From: Myxococcales bacterium
GTDB lineage: Bacteria; Myxococcota_A; UBA9042; JABWCM01; BTVJ01
NCBI GenBank assembly: GCA_045863395.1
Contig: BTVJ01000059.1
Location: 1-44,565, forward strand
DNA: 44,565 nucleotides
Direction of reading: 5' to 3'
A model generated the notes under the pieces. The model was not told the origin of the DNA, made no database searches, and saw only the letters and a program-made list of their open reading frames with translations. Of this stretch, positions 8,446 to 17,919 are shown in pieces. The translations under genes were made by a program, and so were the position numbers. Position 1 is the first letter of the stretch. Each line of letters begins with the position of its first letter.

Positions 8446-9378
8446 ATGAACGCTCACCGCATCACGTGTCTCGCTGTCGCCCTGCTCGGAGGGTGCGCCA
8501 CCGTGGCCACCGAGCCGCCGATGTACTACTTCAGCCACTCGCTCCTCAACTACGAGCGCCAGCCCCTGTACCCGCGCAAGTTCGAGGTGCCCCCGCCGCT
8601 GGAGCGCGAGGCGTCGGTCGCCAAGGCTGCCAATGCGGGCCCTGGTGTCGCGAAGGCGAAGCAACCTGCTCCGACGACAGCGAAGGCCGCCCGCCGTCCT
8701 CCCCTCGGCGCCCAGTCCCCGCTGGCCATCCAGCGCGAGGCGGAGCGCGCGCCGGACACTGTGGTGGTCACGTCGGAGCGCGCGCAGCCCGAGCCGCTCC
8801 CCCTCGCCATGGTGCTCCCGCCCGCGGAGCCGGACCCCGCACAAGCTGCGATCACCTCCCAGGAGCCCACGGGCGTCCGCGCCGAGGTGCTCGAAGGTGC
8901 GCAGCGCGTCGTGGGGATCCGAGACGACTTCGACGGCACCTCGTTCATCGCCCACGTCCTCAAGGTCAGCGGCGTGGAGCTGCCGGTCGAGTATGGCGAC
9001 ACCTATCTGCGCGACCTGTACAAGCACTTGAAGGCGAAGGGGCTGGCCTACGACGGTGAGGCGCCGTCGCCCGGCGACCTGGTGTTCTTTCACAACACCG
9101 AGGACAAGAATGGAGACGGGCGCAACAACGACTGGTACAGCCTGTGCGGAGTGGTCAAGGGCCTCGATGACAGCGGCAGTGTGGTGCTGATCGCCGTCGT
9201 CCGCGGCGAGGTCCAAGAGCTCGTCATGAACCTGGGCCGTCCAGAGGTCCGGCGCGATGAGCGGTCGAGCGCCTACCTCAACAGCTTCCTGCGCACGAAG
9301 AGCCTGTCGGACCCGGAGTACACCCAGTACCTGGCCGGGGAGCTGTACGCCGGGTTCGCGTCGGTCAGCCTCCCCTGA
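8446..9378 (+). CDS. Lipoprotein with NlpC/P60/CHAP-like domain, catalytic residues degenerate
   Basis: LLGGC lipobox, Pro/Ala linker, PSPGDLVFFHNTEDKNGDGRNND segment typical of myxobacterial CHAP/C40 proteins. Confidence 0.75.
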   Translation: MNAHRITCLAVALLGGCATVATEPPMYYFSHSLLNYERQPLYPRKFEVPPPLEREASVAKAANAGPGVAKAKQPAPTTAKAARRPPLGAQSPLAIQREAERAPDTVVVTSERAQPEPLPLAMVLPPAEPDPAQAAITSQEPTGVRAEVLEGAQRVVGIRDDFDGTSFIAHVLKVSGVELPVEYGDTYLRDLYKHLKAKGLAYDGEAPSPGDLVFFHNTEDKNGDGRNNDWYSLCGVVKGLDDSGSVVLIAVVRGEVQELVMNLGRPEVRRDERSSAYLNSFLRTKSLSDPEYTQYLAGELYAGFASVSLP

Positions 9379-9403
9379 GGGATCCCTCGCGGGCGCAGCC
9401 GGC

Positions 9404-10087
9404 CTACTTGCGCTGGTAGAGCCAGCTCCCGCGGGTGTCGTACAGCGTGTCGCCCACCCGCTTCAGCTCCAGCACCTGCTCCGCGTCCTGCGTCGTGACC
9501 GTGTTGCCCTCCTCCGACCATGTACCGGGGCGCGTCACCTCTTCGAGGACGACGCCCTGGGGGCCGAGCAGGCGATGGGACCACTCCATGGTCCCGCCGC
9601 CGTGGAGCGTGATCGTGTCCTCCACCTGCTCGTCCAAGGTGAGTGCGTCCGCGGGGGTCGTGCGGCGCTTGCGCTCTCGCGTGTACTCCCAGGTCCCGGC
9701 GGCGCCGTCGGACCCCGCCTTGCGCAGGAACACCTGCTCGCGGCTGAACGTGGCCCCGTCGCGGGCGTAGGGTCCTGTCTCGGTGCTCAGCTCCGTCGAC
9801 AGGGTCAGTACGCCGCCCTCGGCCGAGAAGCTCCCGTCGGTGACCGTGGTCGGGTCCGCCGCGGTGGCGCTCGGGTAGGACCTCTGCGAGTAGGTGCCGT
9901 CCCCGCGGAACTCGTACTCCACCCTCCCGGCCTTGTTGGTGCGCACCCAGACGCCCGCCAGAAGCTCCGCCTCGGTAGCCTGGGTCACCGTGACGTCAGC
10001 GGCAGACGCCGCCGGCTCCGAGTCGCACCCGATCACGGCAGGGAGCGCAAGGGCAAAGGCTACGGCTGCGGCGCAGGGTCGTCCCAT
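9404..10087 (-). CDS. Hypothetical lipoprotein with two lipocalin-like repeats
   Basis: AAGGAGG RBS, VIGC lipobox; LAGVW...FRGDGTY and AGTW...LHGGGT repeats. Confidence 0.7.
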   Translation of the reverse strand: MGRPCAAAVAFALALPAVIGCDSEPAASAADVTVTQATEAELLAGVWVRTNKAGRVEYEFRGDGTYSQRSYPSATAADPTTVTDGSFSAEGGVLTLSTELSTETGPYARDGATFSREQVFLRKAGSDGAAGTWEYTRERKRRTTPADALTLDEQVEDTITLHGGGTMEWSHRLLGPQGVVLEEVTRPGTWSEEGNTVTTQDAEQVLELKRVGDTLYDTRGSWLYQRK

Positions 10088-10224
10088 GGGGGGCCTCCTT
10101 GGCGGGTGGAGTCGCTGGGGCGCGACCGCGGAAGTGTCCACAGAGGACCCTTCGAGGTCAACCCAAACCGTGCATGGCGGGGAATGAGGCCGGATGCGGA
10201 GAGAAAGATGTGGTCTCGGGAGGT

Positions 10225-11211
10225 CTAGGGCACTGCGGGAGGCTGAGCCTGCCCTTCGCTCAGGATCTGCTCCGCGCGCTGCTTCACGCGCTCGTCAGCG
10301 TCGTTCTTCGCCGCCTCGATGATCTTGCGGATGGGTGGGTCGTCCTTCAGGTGGCGCAGGTAGTTCAGGGCGGCCATGCGGACGTAGAAGGTCTCCTCCT
10401 TCTCCATCACCTCGCGGAACACGTCGAGGGACTTCTTGGCGTTGCCCATCTCGTAGAGGCCCAGGGCCGCGTCCAGCTTGGTGTAGACGTTCTCGGCCTT
10501 CAGGCCCGACTCCAGGAACGACTTGGCGTTCTCGTCGTACTGGTTCTTGCCGTCCTTGCGCCCCGTCAGGAAGGCCCGGCGGAGGGCGACGCCCTGCGTG
10601 GACAGCTCCTTGAGGATGGGCATGGCCTTCTCTTTGTCGCCCCACTGGTAGAGCAGGATGGCCGCCTCGATCTTGACCGGCGGGATCGTGCTCTTGGCCA
10701 GCTCCTCCAGCTCCGGGACGACCCGGTCGATCTTCTCGCGACCCATGACGCGGATGGCCGTGGCGCGGATGCCCGGCTCCTCCTCGCTCTTCATGATTTT
10801 GATGAGCTCGTCGACGGAGGCGTCGTCCCCCGTGCGCCCGAGGGTGTAGATGTCCTGGAGTCGCTGCTGCCGCTTCTGCTGGGCGTTCTCGGCGGCGGCC
10901 TGCTCATTGGCGGGCTCGGCTGCCGCCTCGGTCGGGGCCGTGGTCGGCGCGGCCTCCGCAGGCTTCGCCTCGGTGGGCGCGGCCTCCACCGCCTCGACAG
11001 GTTTGGCCTCCATCGGGGCCTCGGCCGGTTTGGCCTCAGCGGGCGGGGCCTCCTTGGGAGCCGCCTCGGCCGGCTTCGGCGCCTCTGCCGGCTTGGCAGC
11101 GCCCGCCGGCGGTGCAGGGGCTGCGGGCTGCTCCTTCTTGCAGCCAGTCGCGCCAAGCAGCAGGGCAGCGACGATGGAACCAAGGATCGCGGACGTGCGG
11201 AGCTTGCGCAT
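10225..11211 (-). CDS. HEAT-repeat lipoprotein with long Pro/Ala/Glu linker
   Basis: MRKLRTS...GATGC lipobox, PAEA repeats, HEAT-like repeats (IRATAIRVMG, VRMAALNYL, VKQRAEQIL). Confidence 0.85.
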   Translation of the reverse strand: MRKLRTSAILGSIVAALLLGATGCKKEQPAAPAPPAGAAKPAEAPKPAEAAPKEAPPAEAKPAEAPMEAKPVEAVEAAPTEAKPAEAAPTTAPTEAAAEPANEQAAAENAQQKRQQRLQDIYTLGRTGDDASVDELIKIMKSEEEPGIRATAIRVMGREKIDRVVPELEELAKSTIPPVKIEAAILLYQWGDKEKAMPILKELSTQGVALRRAFLTGRKDGKNQYDENAKSFLESGLKAENVYTKLDAALGLYEMGNAKKSLDVFREVMEKEETFYVRMAALNYLRHLKDDPPIRKIIEAAKNDADERVKQRAEQILSEGQAQPPAVP

Positions 11212-11349
11212 GGGCCGTCTCCTCCAGGCTTGGGTGAGCTCCCCAGAGAGCACGACGCAACAGGGGCGCTCCTGGCAGGGAGCCAGGAGGCCCTCGAACA
11301 GTGGGGGGCCCGACGGGCCCGAGAGCGTCGTAACCATACAGGTCGGGAA

Positions 11350-11426
11350 TGGTGGCTAGGGCGAGACTCGAACTCGCGACCTAGCGGTTATGAGCCGCTC
11401 GCTCTAACCTACTGAGCTACCTAGCC
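11350..11426 (-). tRNA. tRNA with CAT anticodon (elongator Met more likely than Ile2)
   Basis: GGCTAGGTAGCTCAGTAGGTTAGAGCGAGCGGCTCATAACCGCTAGGTCGCGAGTTCGAGTCTCGCCCTAGCCACCA; full cloverleaf, encoded CCA, G1-C72 paired (not initiator). Confidence 0.95.
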
Positions 11427-11452
11427 ATTCCCACTCAGAAAGAGCGTCCCGC

Positions 11453-11481
11453 CTTATAGTCGAAGGCCCTCGCCCTGTCAA
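11453..11481 (-). promoter_or_regulatory. Sigma70 promoter of the tRNA
   Basis: TTGACA-N17-TATAAG. Confidence 0.8.
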
Positions 11482-11552
11482 CAGAGCCGTGGACCGCCGC
11501 GCCGGGGAGGTGGGCGTGCATCCGAGCGACCAGGGTGCCGTGGAAGGTCCCA

Positions 11553-11665
11553 CATGGTCCCGGGCTGGGACCTCCCATGGTCTGACGCCGGGACCGGTCC
11601 CTGGACCACCCCCCCATCCAAGGTTCAGAAATCACGCGACTATTGGTGCTGGCATGGTACGTGCC
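11553..11665 (+). promoter_or_regulatory. Putative sigma54 promoter with two upstream GGTC-N9-GACC sites
   Basis: TGGCATGGTACGTGCC (11650-11665, GG-N10-GC); catGGTC-N9-GACC at 11553-11572 and 11576-11595. Confidence 0.55.
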
Positions 11666-11716
11666 CTTCGAGGCGCCCGAACACCACAACCGGGCCGCAC
11701 GCCCACGGAGGACCCC

Positions 11717-12457
11717 ATGCGTCAACCAGCCACCCTCTTCGCCCTCTCTCTGTCCCTCGCTCTCGCAGCCGGCTGTGCCGCATCGTGCGGCGCGCTCGGT
11801 GACCTGCACGAGGTGCCCCTCGAGCCGGCACCGGCTGCCGACGTCCCGCTCCCGGACGTGGCGCCCCTCGCGGCGCCCCTGGGCGCAGACCCTGCCCCGG
11901 AGCCCCCCGCGCCCCCTTCCGCTTGCGGTGCGCCCCTGCTGGTCACGGAGCTGATGATCGATCCGCGCGCGACGGCGGACAACCGAGGGGAGTACTTCGA
12001 GCTGCACAACCCGGGTGAGCATGACGTGGACCTGCGGGGGTTCCGCCTGGACGACGGGCGCCACGCCCCGGAGACCTTTGCGGGGGACGCTCCCCTCCTC
12101 CTCACCGCGGGCGGCTTCGCCGTCATCGCCCCGAGCGAGGATGTGGACGCAAATGGTGGGTTGACCCCGCTCATCGTGACGCGCACCTTCGCCCTCCCCA
12201 ACGAGGCGGGACTGGTCCGCATCACGGACCCATGCGGGGCCGTGGTGGTCCGCGTCCGGTACGACACCCGCGCGCCGTGGCCTCGCGGCAAGGCGGGGTT
12301 CGCCCTGGAGCTGGTGGGGCCCACCGCGGACCCGTCGCGACCCCAGAGCTGGCGCCGCGCCTCGCAGCGGGCCGCCTCGGGGGACCGCGGGACCCCAGGC
12401 TGGGCAACCTGGGCGAAGGGCTCCGCCGCCGCGGCGGCGCGGTCCGCGGCACCTTGA
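11717..12457 (+). CDS. Lamin tail domain lipoprotein
   Basis: GGAGG RBS, LAAGC lipobox, LLVTELMIDP...GEYFELHN...DLRGF...GTPG. Confidence 0.85.
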   Translation: MRQPATLFALSLSLALAAGCAASCGALGDLHEVPLEPAPAADVPLPDVAPLAAPLGADPAPEPPAPPSACGAPLLVTELMIDPRATADNRGEYFELHNPGEHDVDLRGFRLDDGRHAPETFAGDAPLLLTAGGFAVIAPSEDVDANGGLTPLIVTRTFALPNEAGLVRITDPCGAVVVRVRYDTRAPWPRGKAGFALELVGPTADPSRPQSWRRASQRAASGDRGTPGWATWAKGSAAAAARSAAP

Positions 12458-12547
12458 CACACCGGGCCGGTGGGCTACGATCCGCCCCATCGACCATGCT
12501 CGATGCGCCCTGCGACGCAGCGGGGTGGGCACCACAGGAGGACGGCC

Positions 12548-14083
12548 GTGAGCAGGAGACCTGCATTGTTGCGTACTTGCGCAGTGGCGGTGGCCGCCTG
12601 CGCGGTCCTCTGGTGGGCACCGGCCCGGGCACAGGCGGTCGGCGAGAGCGGCCTCGAGCCCGCCGCCATCGTGATGGAGGTGCACCTCCGCTCCAATGAG
12701 GGCTCGAAGGGGGGCGAGTACCGGGAGCTCCTGTCGCGGGAGCTGCTCAAGCACGGCAAGTTCGCGCTCATGGACAAGGACGACGTCATGCGGCGGGTCA
12801 TGTCCGTGATGGTCACCCCCATGAAGCGGGTGACCAATGACCGCCTCCAAGAGATCGAGAAGATGGTCGCCCGGGGCGACAAGCTCCTCTACACGGACCC
12901 GCGGGAGGCCGTGGACGTGCTGCACGAGGCAAAGAGGCAGCTCGTCGACATCATGGAGACCATCTCCCTCAACGCGCAGCTCCGGGACGAGCTGTTCAAG
13001 ACCCAGATGCTGCTGGCCCGCTCGCACCTGGACAACGGCAACGAGAAGCGGGTGCGCGACGTGCTCCGCGAGGTGATTCTGGAGTTTGGCGATGGCGTCG
13101 AGGTCACGGAGGACAACTACCACCCCACTCTCGTCCGCCTCTTCCGCGAGACGCTGAAGTCCATGGCGACGCAGCGGACTGCCTCACTGCACGTGGAGTC
13201 CGACCCGCCGGGCTCCGAGGTGTTCTTGAACGGCCAGCCTCAGAAGGCGCTCACGCCCGCCACCTACGAGGGCCTCTACCCGGGCACGTACCACGTGCTG
13301 GTTCGTAAGGACCAGATGGAGAGCATGGTGCGCAAGGTCGTCTTGGAGGCCCAGGGCACGGCGTCCCTCGACGTCGACGTGGCCTACGAGTCGGCCCTGG
13401 ACTTCAACAAGGACTCCTTCGGCCTGCGCTTCGACGACGTGCAGGACATGGACGCCCGCCTCGCCGACCACGCCTCTCGCATCGGCGCGTTCCTCGAGCT
13501 CGACGCCGTGATCCTCTGCGGCGTCATCGATCGCGGGACGGGCCCCCACCTCGCCACGTTCCATGTGGACGTCCGCACGAAGGCGCTGGTCCGCAGCCGC
13601 GAGCTGGTCGTCAAGCCCTCGGTGGTCTCGGCGAGGCGAGCAGAAGAGATGGCGGCGTTTCTGAGCGGCGTGGAGCAGAAGCCCGAGGGCGTTGTCACCG
13701 AAGGAGCCACACCCCCAGCGGGTGCCCTCTGGTACGAGAACGGCGCGGCGTGGGCGCTGACCGGCGTCGGTGTGGCCGGCATCGTCGTCGGCGCAATCTT
13801 CACGGTGGACTGGGCCGACAAGGCCGATCAGGTGGCCCAGGGGCCGCGTCCAGGGTTCGGGCTCGCCGCAGCGCAGGCTGCGCAGAGCGACGGTGAGACC
13901 TCCGGGATCATCGGCGCGGTCGGTCTCGGAGTCGGTGGGGCGGCCCTGGCAACGGGGGTGGTGCTGTTCGTATTGGACGCGACCTCCACACCCCAGCCGG
14001 ACACCCAGGCGACACCCATCGTCAGCGCCGCTCCCGTTCCCCTCCCCGGTGGCGGGGGCTTCTCGCTGGGCCTCACTTTCTGA
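12548..14083 (+). CDS. Secreted PEGA domain protein with C-terminal hydrophobic hairpin
   Basis: GTG after AGGAGG; signal peptide ARA; LHVESDPPGSEVFLNG...TP...LYPGTYHV PEGA; ends GGGFSLGLTF. Confidence 0.85.
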   Translation: MSRRPALLRTCAVAVAACAVLWWAPARAQAVGESGLEPAAIVMEVHLRSNEGSKGGEYRELLSRELLKHGKFALMDKDDVMRRVMSVMVTPMKRVTNDRLQEIEKMVARGDKLLYTDPREAVDVLHEAKRQLVDIMETISLNAQLRDELFKTQMLLARSHLDNGNEKRVRDVLREVILEFGDGVEVTEDNYHPTLVRLFRETLKSMATQRTASLHVESDPPGSEVFLNGQPQKALTPATYEGLYPGTYHVLVRKDQMESMVRKVVLEAQGTASLDVDVAYESALDFNKDSFGLRFDDVQDMDARLADHASRIGAFLELDAVILCGVIDRGTGPHLATFHVDVRTKALVRSRELVVKPSVVSARRAEEMAAFLSGVEQKPEGVVTEGATPPAGALWYENGAAWALTGVGVAGIVVGAIFTVDWADKADQVAQGPRPGFGLAAAQAAQSDGETSGIIGAVGLGVGGAALATGVVLFVLDATSTPQPDTQATPIVSAAPVPLPGGGGFSLGLTF

Positions 14084-14089
14084 ACCAGC

Positions 14090-14752
14090 TCAGTCGCTCG
14101 CCCGCTGGTACTCGAACTCCATGGCGGTGCGCAGGTCCAGCTTCCAGTCGAAGAAGCACACGAGCAGAAGCTTTGCGGGCCCGTCCGGCGCGGCCGGAGA
14201 CAGCACGTCGCACGCCCAGGTGTCCCCCGCGTGGTTGTCGAACGCGCCGTCGGGCTCCACGCGCTTCAGCTCGAAGAGGACGCGGTTCTTGTAGATGCAC
14301 GTGTAGCGCCCCTCCAGGATGGCCTTGCGACGGGCGTTGGCGGGTCCCTCCGACATCCACTCGGTGAAGTCGGGGCCGTGGAAGGCGATCTCGTCCTGGA
14401 AGGCCTCCGCCTTGGACTCTCCGATGAAGCGCCAGGTCCCGACGAGCCCCGGCAGGCCGTTCGGGCACTCGTTCTTCTCCTTTGAGAGCTTCAGGTACAG
14501 GGCGCGGGCCTCGTCCGGCGCCAGCCCCCTGCCAGGGACCCCCTCGGCCGTCGCGTCCCCTGGTGCCGGCGCCGTGGCGGGCTTCTCGGCGCTCTCCTTG
14601 GCCTCCGTGGGCTCGTCGCTCGGTGCGCTTCGGGGAGCGGGCGCCGTCTGGGCGGCCGGCTCCGCCGCCTGGGCTGCCGGCTTGTTGGACGCGCAGGCCC
14701 CGAGGGCGAGGATGGTGGCGGGGACGATGAGGTGCTTCACGGCGGTCTCCAT
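14090..14752 (-). CDS. Hypothetical lipoprotein
   Basis: LALGAC lipobox, Ala/Pro linker, four further Cys in mature domain. Confidence 0.75.
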   Translation of the reverse strand: METAVKHLIVPATILALGACASNKPAAQAAEPAAQTAPAPRSAPSDEPTEAKESAEKPATAPAPGDATAEGVPGRGLAPDEARALYLKLSKEKNECPNGLPGLVGTWRFIGESKAEAFQDEIAFHGPDFTEWMSEGPANARRKAILEGRYTCIYKNRVLFELKRVEPDGAFDNHAGDTWACDVLSPAAPDGPAKLLLVCFFDWKLDLRTAMEFEYQRASD

Positions 14753-14810
14753 GGGGTGGCCGGACCATCGTGGCGCGGCCCCCGAGGAGTAGCACGCAAC
14801 CGGCGGCGGT

Positions 14811-15200
14811 TCAACGGCGCCGGAGCGCCTCGAGCAGCGGTGCGTTGGCTGGTGGAAACGCGAGCGCGTCGATCTCCTCCAGCGACGCCCACCGGAGCTC
14901 CAGGCCCTCGGGCGAGTACGCTGGCAACGAGGCGACCGTACACCGATAGAACAGGAGCAGCACCTCGCGCTCCGGGTAGCGGTGGTGGGAGAACACGATG
15001 GGCGAGGAGGACGTGAGCTCTACGCCCAGCTCCTCCCGCACCTCACGGCGCAGGGCCTCGTCGGGCGACTCGCCTGGCTCCAGCTTGCCGCCGGGGAGCT
15101 CCCAGAGACCAGCGAGGTGGGTACCCTCGGGGCGCCTCGTCAGCAGCAGGCGCCCGTCGGACTCGATGGCGGCGACGACGATCAGCCTCACGGGGCGCAT
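14811..15200 (-). CDS. mutT: NUDIX hydrolase, MutT-like (deoxy)nucleoside triphosphate pyrophosphohydrolase
   Basis: GLWELPGGKLEPGESPDEALRREVREELG Nudix box, FPPAN C-terminus. Confidence 0.85.
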   Translation of the reverse strand: MRPVRLIVVAAIESDGRLLLTRRPEGTHLAGLWELPGGKLEPGESPDEALRREVREELGVELTSSSPIVFSHHRYPEREVLLLFYRCTVASLPAYSPEGLELRWASLEEIDALAFPPANAPLLEALRRR

Positions 15201-15748
15201 CCCTTCTTCAGGAAGTGCGCGCGAGCGACCAGCACCTTCTCCACGTAGCCGAAGTTCTTCGGGAGCCGGCTCGCGTCCCGCGCCATGTTCGGCCAGCGCC
15301 ACCCGGCGTGGTATGCGCTCAGGGCATACACCAGCTTGCCGTCGTAGGCCTTCATGAACTGCGCAAGCACACGAGCGCCGCACAGGACGTTCTCCTCGGG
15401 GCTCCACGGATCGCCGCAGCCGGTGCCCTTCGCCGTCCGTGGCATGATCTGCATGAGCCCCATGGCGCCGGCGCCCGAGCGAGCGTCTGCGCGGAAGTTG
15501 CTCTCGACCCGGACGACGCCCACCAGGAGGGCCGGGTCCAGCCCCGTCGCTTGAGCGGCCGCCTTGATGGTCGGCACCAGCGCCTCGCAGCGCTCCTGCC
15601 GGGAGGCGGCGAACGGGACGGCGCCGACGGCGGCTGGGTCGTAGCGTCCGACCGAGGGGCGGGTCGTCGCTGCCGGCGTACAGCCGTGGACCAGCGATGC
15701 GATCACCGCCAGTACCGCCAGACACGCTGTGAGTCTTCGTTCGACCAT
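15188..15748 (-). CDS. Lytic transglycosylase (SLT domain) lipoprotein
   Basis: VESNF...ARSGAGAMGLMQIMP...ALSAYHAG; VHGC lipobox-like. Confidence 0.9.
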   Translation of the reverse strand: MVERRLTACLAVLAVIASLVHGCTPAATTRPSVGRYDPAAVGAVPFAASRQERCEALVPTIKAAAQATGLDPALLVGVVRVESNFRADARSGAGAMGLMQIMPRTAKGTGCGDPWSPEENVLCGARVLAQFMKAYDGKLVYALSAYHAGWRWPNMARDASRLPKNFGYVEKVLVARAHFLKKGCAP

Positions 15749-15832
15749 GGGATTCGGGAGGATACCAGCGGCCCCCGCGAGTCGCCAGAACGCGCGTTGA
15801 CGCGCCGTGGCCCCTGGGCGAGACTAGCCGCG

Positions 15833-16918
15833 ATGACGCCTGCGCCCGTCCCCGTCGCGGAGATCGCGTGTCCCCTGTGCGGCGCACCCAACGCGGTGGC
15901 GGCGCGCTGCTGCGCCCAGTGCGGCGGCGCCCTCGGTGAGGCTCGTATCGCGCAGGGGCTCGCCCCCGCGCTCCTCATCGTCCCGTTCCGCTGCGACTCG
16001 TGTGAGGCCCTGCTCTATGCCGAGAGGTCGCAGCGGCCTGTCCGCTGCCCCCTGTGCGACGCGGACCACGTTGTGGAGACACCCGTCGACCCCAAGGCGC
16101 CTGCTCCCGAGCTCGTGATCCCGTTCGTCATCGACCGGGAGCAGGCATCGGAGCTGCTCCGCGAGTGGATCGGGGTCGGCCTCCTGCGCCCCGGACGCGT
16201 CGTCCGGCGCGCGGCGCGCGATGGCGTGACGCCCCTCTACGTCCCCTGCTGGATGTTCTCGGCCCTCGCCCGAAGCACCTGGCGCGCCGAGATCGCCGAG
16301 TCCTGGACGCGCGCCACGCTGGCGCCCAAGCCGCCGCTGCAGCAGCCAACGGACGATGGCCGCCCGGCGGCGCACCGGGCGACCGCCCACCCTCGGCCGG
16401 CGGCCGACGTCCAGGAGGTGGAGTGGTTCCCTCTGGAGGGGCGACACCATCGGTTCCACGCTCAGGAGATCGTCTGCGCAACGGCGGCCCTCACGGAGAC
16501 TGAGCTCCGCGCGATGCTCCCCTTCGACCCGGGTGGGGCGCGACGGTATCGGGAGGAGTATCTTGCTGGTCGCGCCGCGCTGGGGGCGTCGGTCCTGTCC
16601 GATGAGGCGCTGCCGGCGGCACGGGAGCGCATCCTCGCGAGCGAGGCCGAGAGCGTCCACTCCTTCCTCCCAGGTGACGACTCCCGGGACCTGGAGATCG
16701 TGACGGAGCTCCACCGGGTGCAGGGTACGCTGGTCCTGGTCCCCGTGTACGTGGCGTCCTGGGGGCACGCCCGCCGCACCTGGCGCTTCGTGATGAACGG
16801 GCAGACGGGCCGCCAGTCCGGCAAGGCTCCGCTGAGCGCCATGCGCATCGCTGCCTTGGCCGCGGTGCTCCTCGTGACGCTGGTGGTCGTCCTCGTCGCT
16901 GGTAGAGGCGGAGCGTGA
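15833..16918 (+). CDS. Zn-ribbon membrane-anchored protein (YdjG-like), paralog 1
   Basis: Four CxxC pairs; VIPF, YVPCWMF, PFD, LVPVY, NGQTG motifs; C-terminal TM. Confidence 0.8.
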   Translation: MTPAPVPVAEIACPLCGAPNAVAARCCAQCGGALGEARIAQGLAPALLIVPFRCDSCEALLYAERSQRPVRCPLCDADHVVETPVDPKAPAPELVIPFVIDREQASELLREWIGVGLLRPGRVVRRAARDGVTPLYVPCWMFSALARSTWRAEIAESWTRATLAPKPPLQQPTDDGRPAAHRATAHPRPAADVQEVEWFPLEGRHHRFHAQEIVCATAALTETELRAMLPFDPGGARRYREEYLAGRAALGASVLSDEALPAARERILASEAESVHSFLPGDDSRDLEIVTELHRVQGTLVLVPVYVASWGHARRTWRFVMNGQTGRQSGKAPLSAMRIAALAAVLLVTLVVVLVAGRGGA

Positions 16919-17919
16919 GTGATCCGCAGCCCACCCTCCCCGGCGGCGCCGACGTCGAGGACGCGGACCTGGCCGTCCTTGGCGAGGGCGTGTGTGAGAC
17001 GTGCGCCACGGTAGTCGACGCCGATGAGCTCCTCTGCGGGACCTGCGGCGCGCGGCTCCCCGCGGCGCTCGACGCCACCCAGCCCCCGCCCCCAGCGCTC
17101 CGCTGCGGACCGTGTGGTGCCTCTACGGTCACGTGGGGCGCGGACGGGCAGTGTGGCTACTGCGGGAGCGCCGACGTGACCATGACCGGTGGCCCCATCG
17201 CCGCCGCGCCGACGGGGCTGATCCCGTTCTCCGTCGTGGAGGGCGAGGCGCGGGTGCTCCTGGCGTCCTGGGTGGGCTTCCCGCACCTCAAGCCGGCCGC
17301 CCTGTCGCGCCCCGGCGCTGCTGGATCCCTGCGCCGCGTCTTCATCCCCCACTGGCTGTTCACCAGCGACGTGCACACCTGCTGGACGGCCGACACGGAT
17401 GAGGTCCCGGATGGGCGCCGGGGTCAGTGGGCCCCGGTCTTCGGCGAGACGAGCTCCACCGTGACGGGGTTGTTGATCGCCGCAAGTGGGGTCCTTCCCC
17501 AGCGCCACTCTGACAAGCTCGGCCACTACGACCTGCGCGCCCTCGCCCCGTGTGACTGGAGCCTCCCCGCAGGCGCCCCGGCCGAGGCACCTGCCGTGGC
17601 CCGCCGGACGGCCCGCGCCGTCGCCAGGAGCCGCCTCATCGCCCGCGAGCACGCGCGCTGCGCCGCCCTGCTGGCGCCGCGTCGCCTCCGCCACTTGCGG
17701 GTCAACCCCCTCCTGGAGAACATGAAGAGCACCCTGGTTCTGCTCCCCGCGTGGGTGCTCACCTATCGGCACCGGGGCCGCGTCCGCCGGTTCGTGCTCA
17801 ATGGGCAGTCCGGGGGCGTGCGCGGGACCGCCCCGCTGTGCCCCCTCCGAATCGGCGCCGCCGTGGCCGTGATGACGGCCGTGATGGTGGTGTTCTGGTT
17901 CCTGCTCTCGAGGTCCTGA
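16915..17919 (+). CDS. Zn-ribbon membrane-anchored protein (YdjG-like), paralog 2
   Basis: GTGA overlap; four CxxC pairs; LIPF, FIPHWLF, LLPAW, NGQSG motifs; C-terminal TM. Confidence 0.8.
   Translation: MSDPQPTLPGGADVEDADLAVLGEGVCETCATVVDADELLCGTCGARLPAALDATQPPPPALRCGPCGASTVTWGADGQCGYCGSADVTMTGGPIAAAPTGLIPFSVVEGEARVLLASWVGFPHLKPAALSRPGAAGSLRRVFIPHWLFTSDVHTCWTADTDEVPDGRRGQWAPVFGETSSTVTGLLIAASGVLPQRHSDKLGHYDLRALAPCDWSLPAGAPAEAPAVARRTARAVARSRLIAREHARCAALLAPRRLRHLRVNPLLENMKSTLVLLPAWVLTYRHRGRVRRFVLNGQSGGVRGTAPLCPLRIGAAVAVMTAVMVVFWFLLSRS

Noticed and set aside
11350..11426. tRNA as an integration site of a genomic island
   Set aside because: No integrase and no duplicated tRNA 3' end noticed in the window
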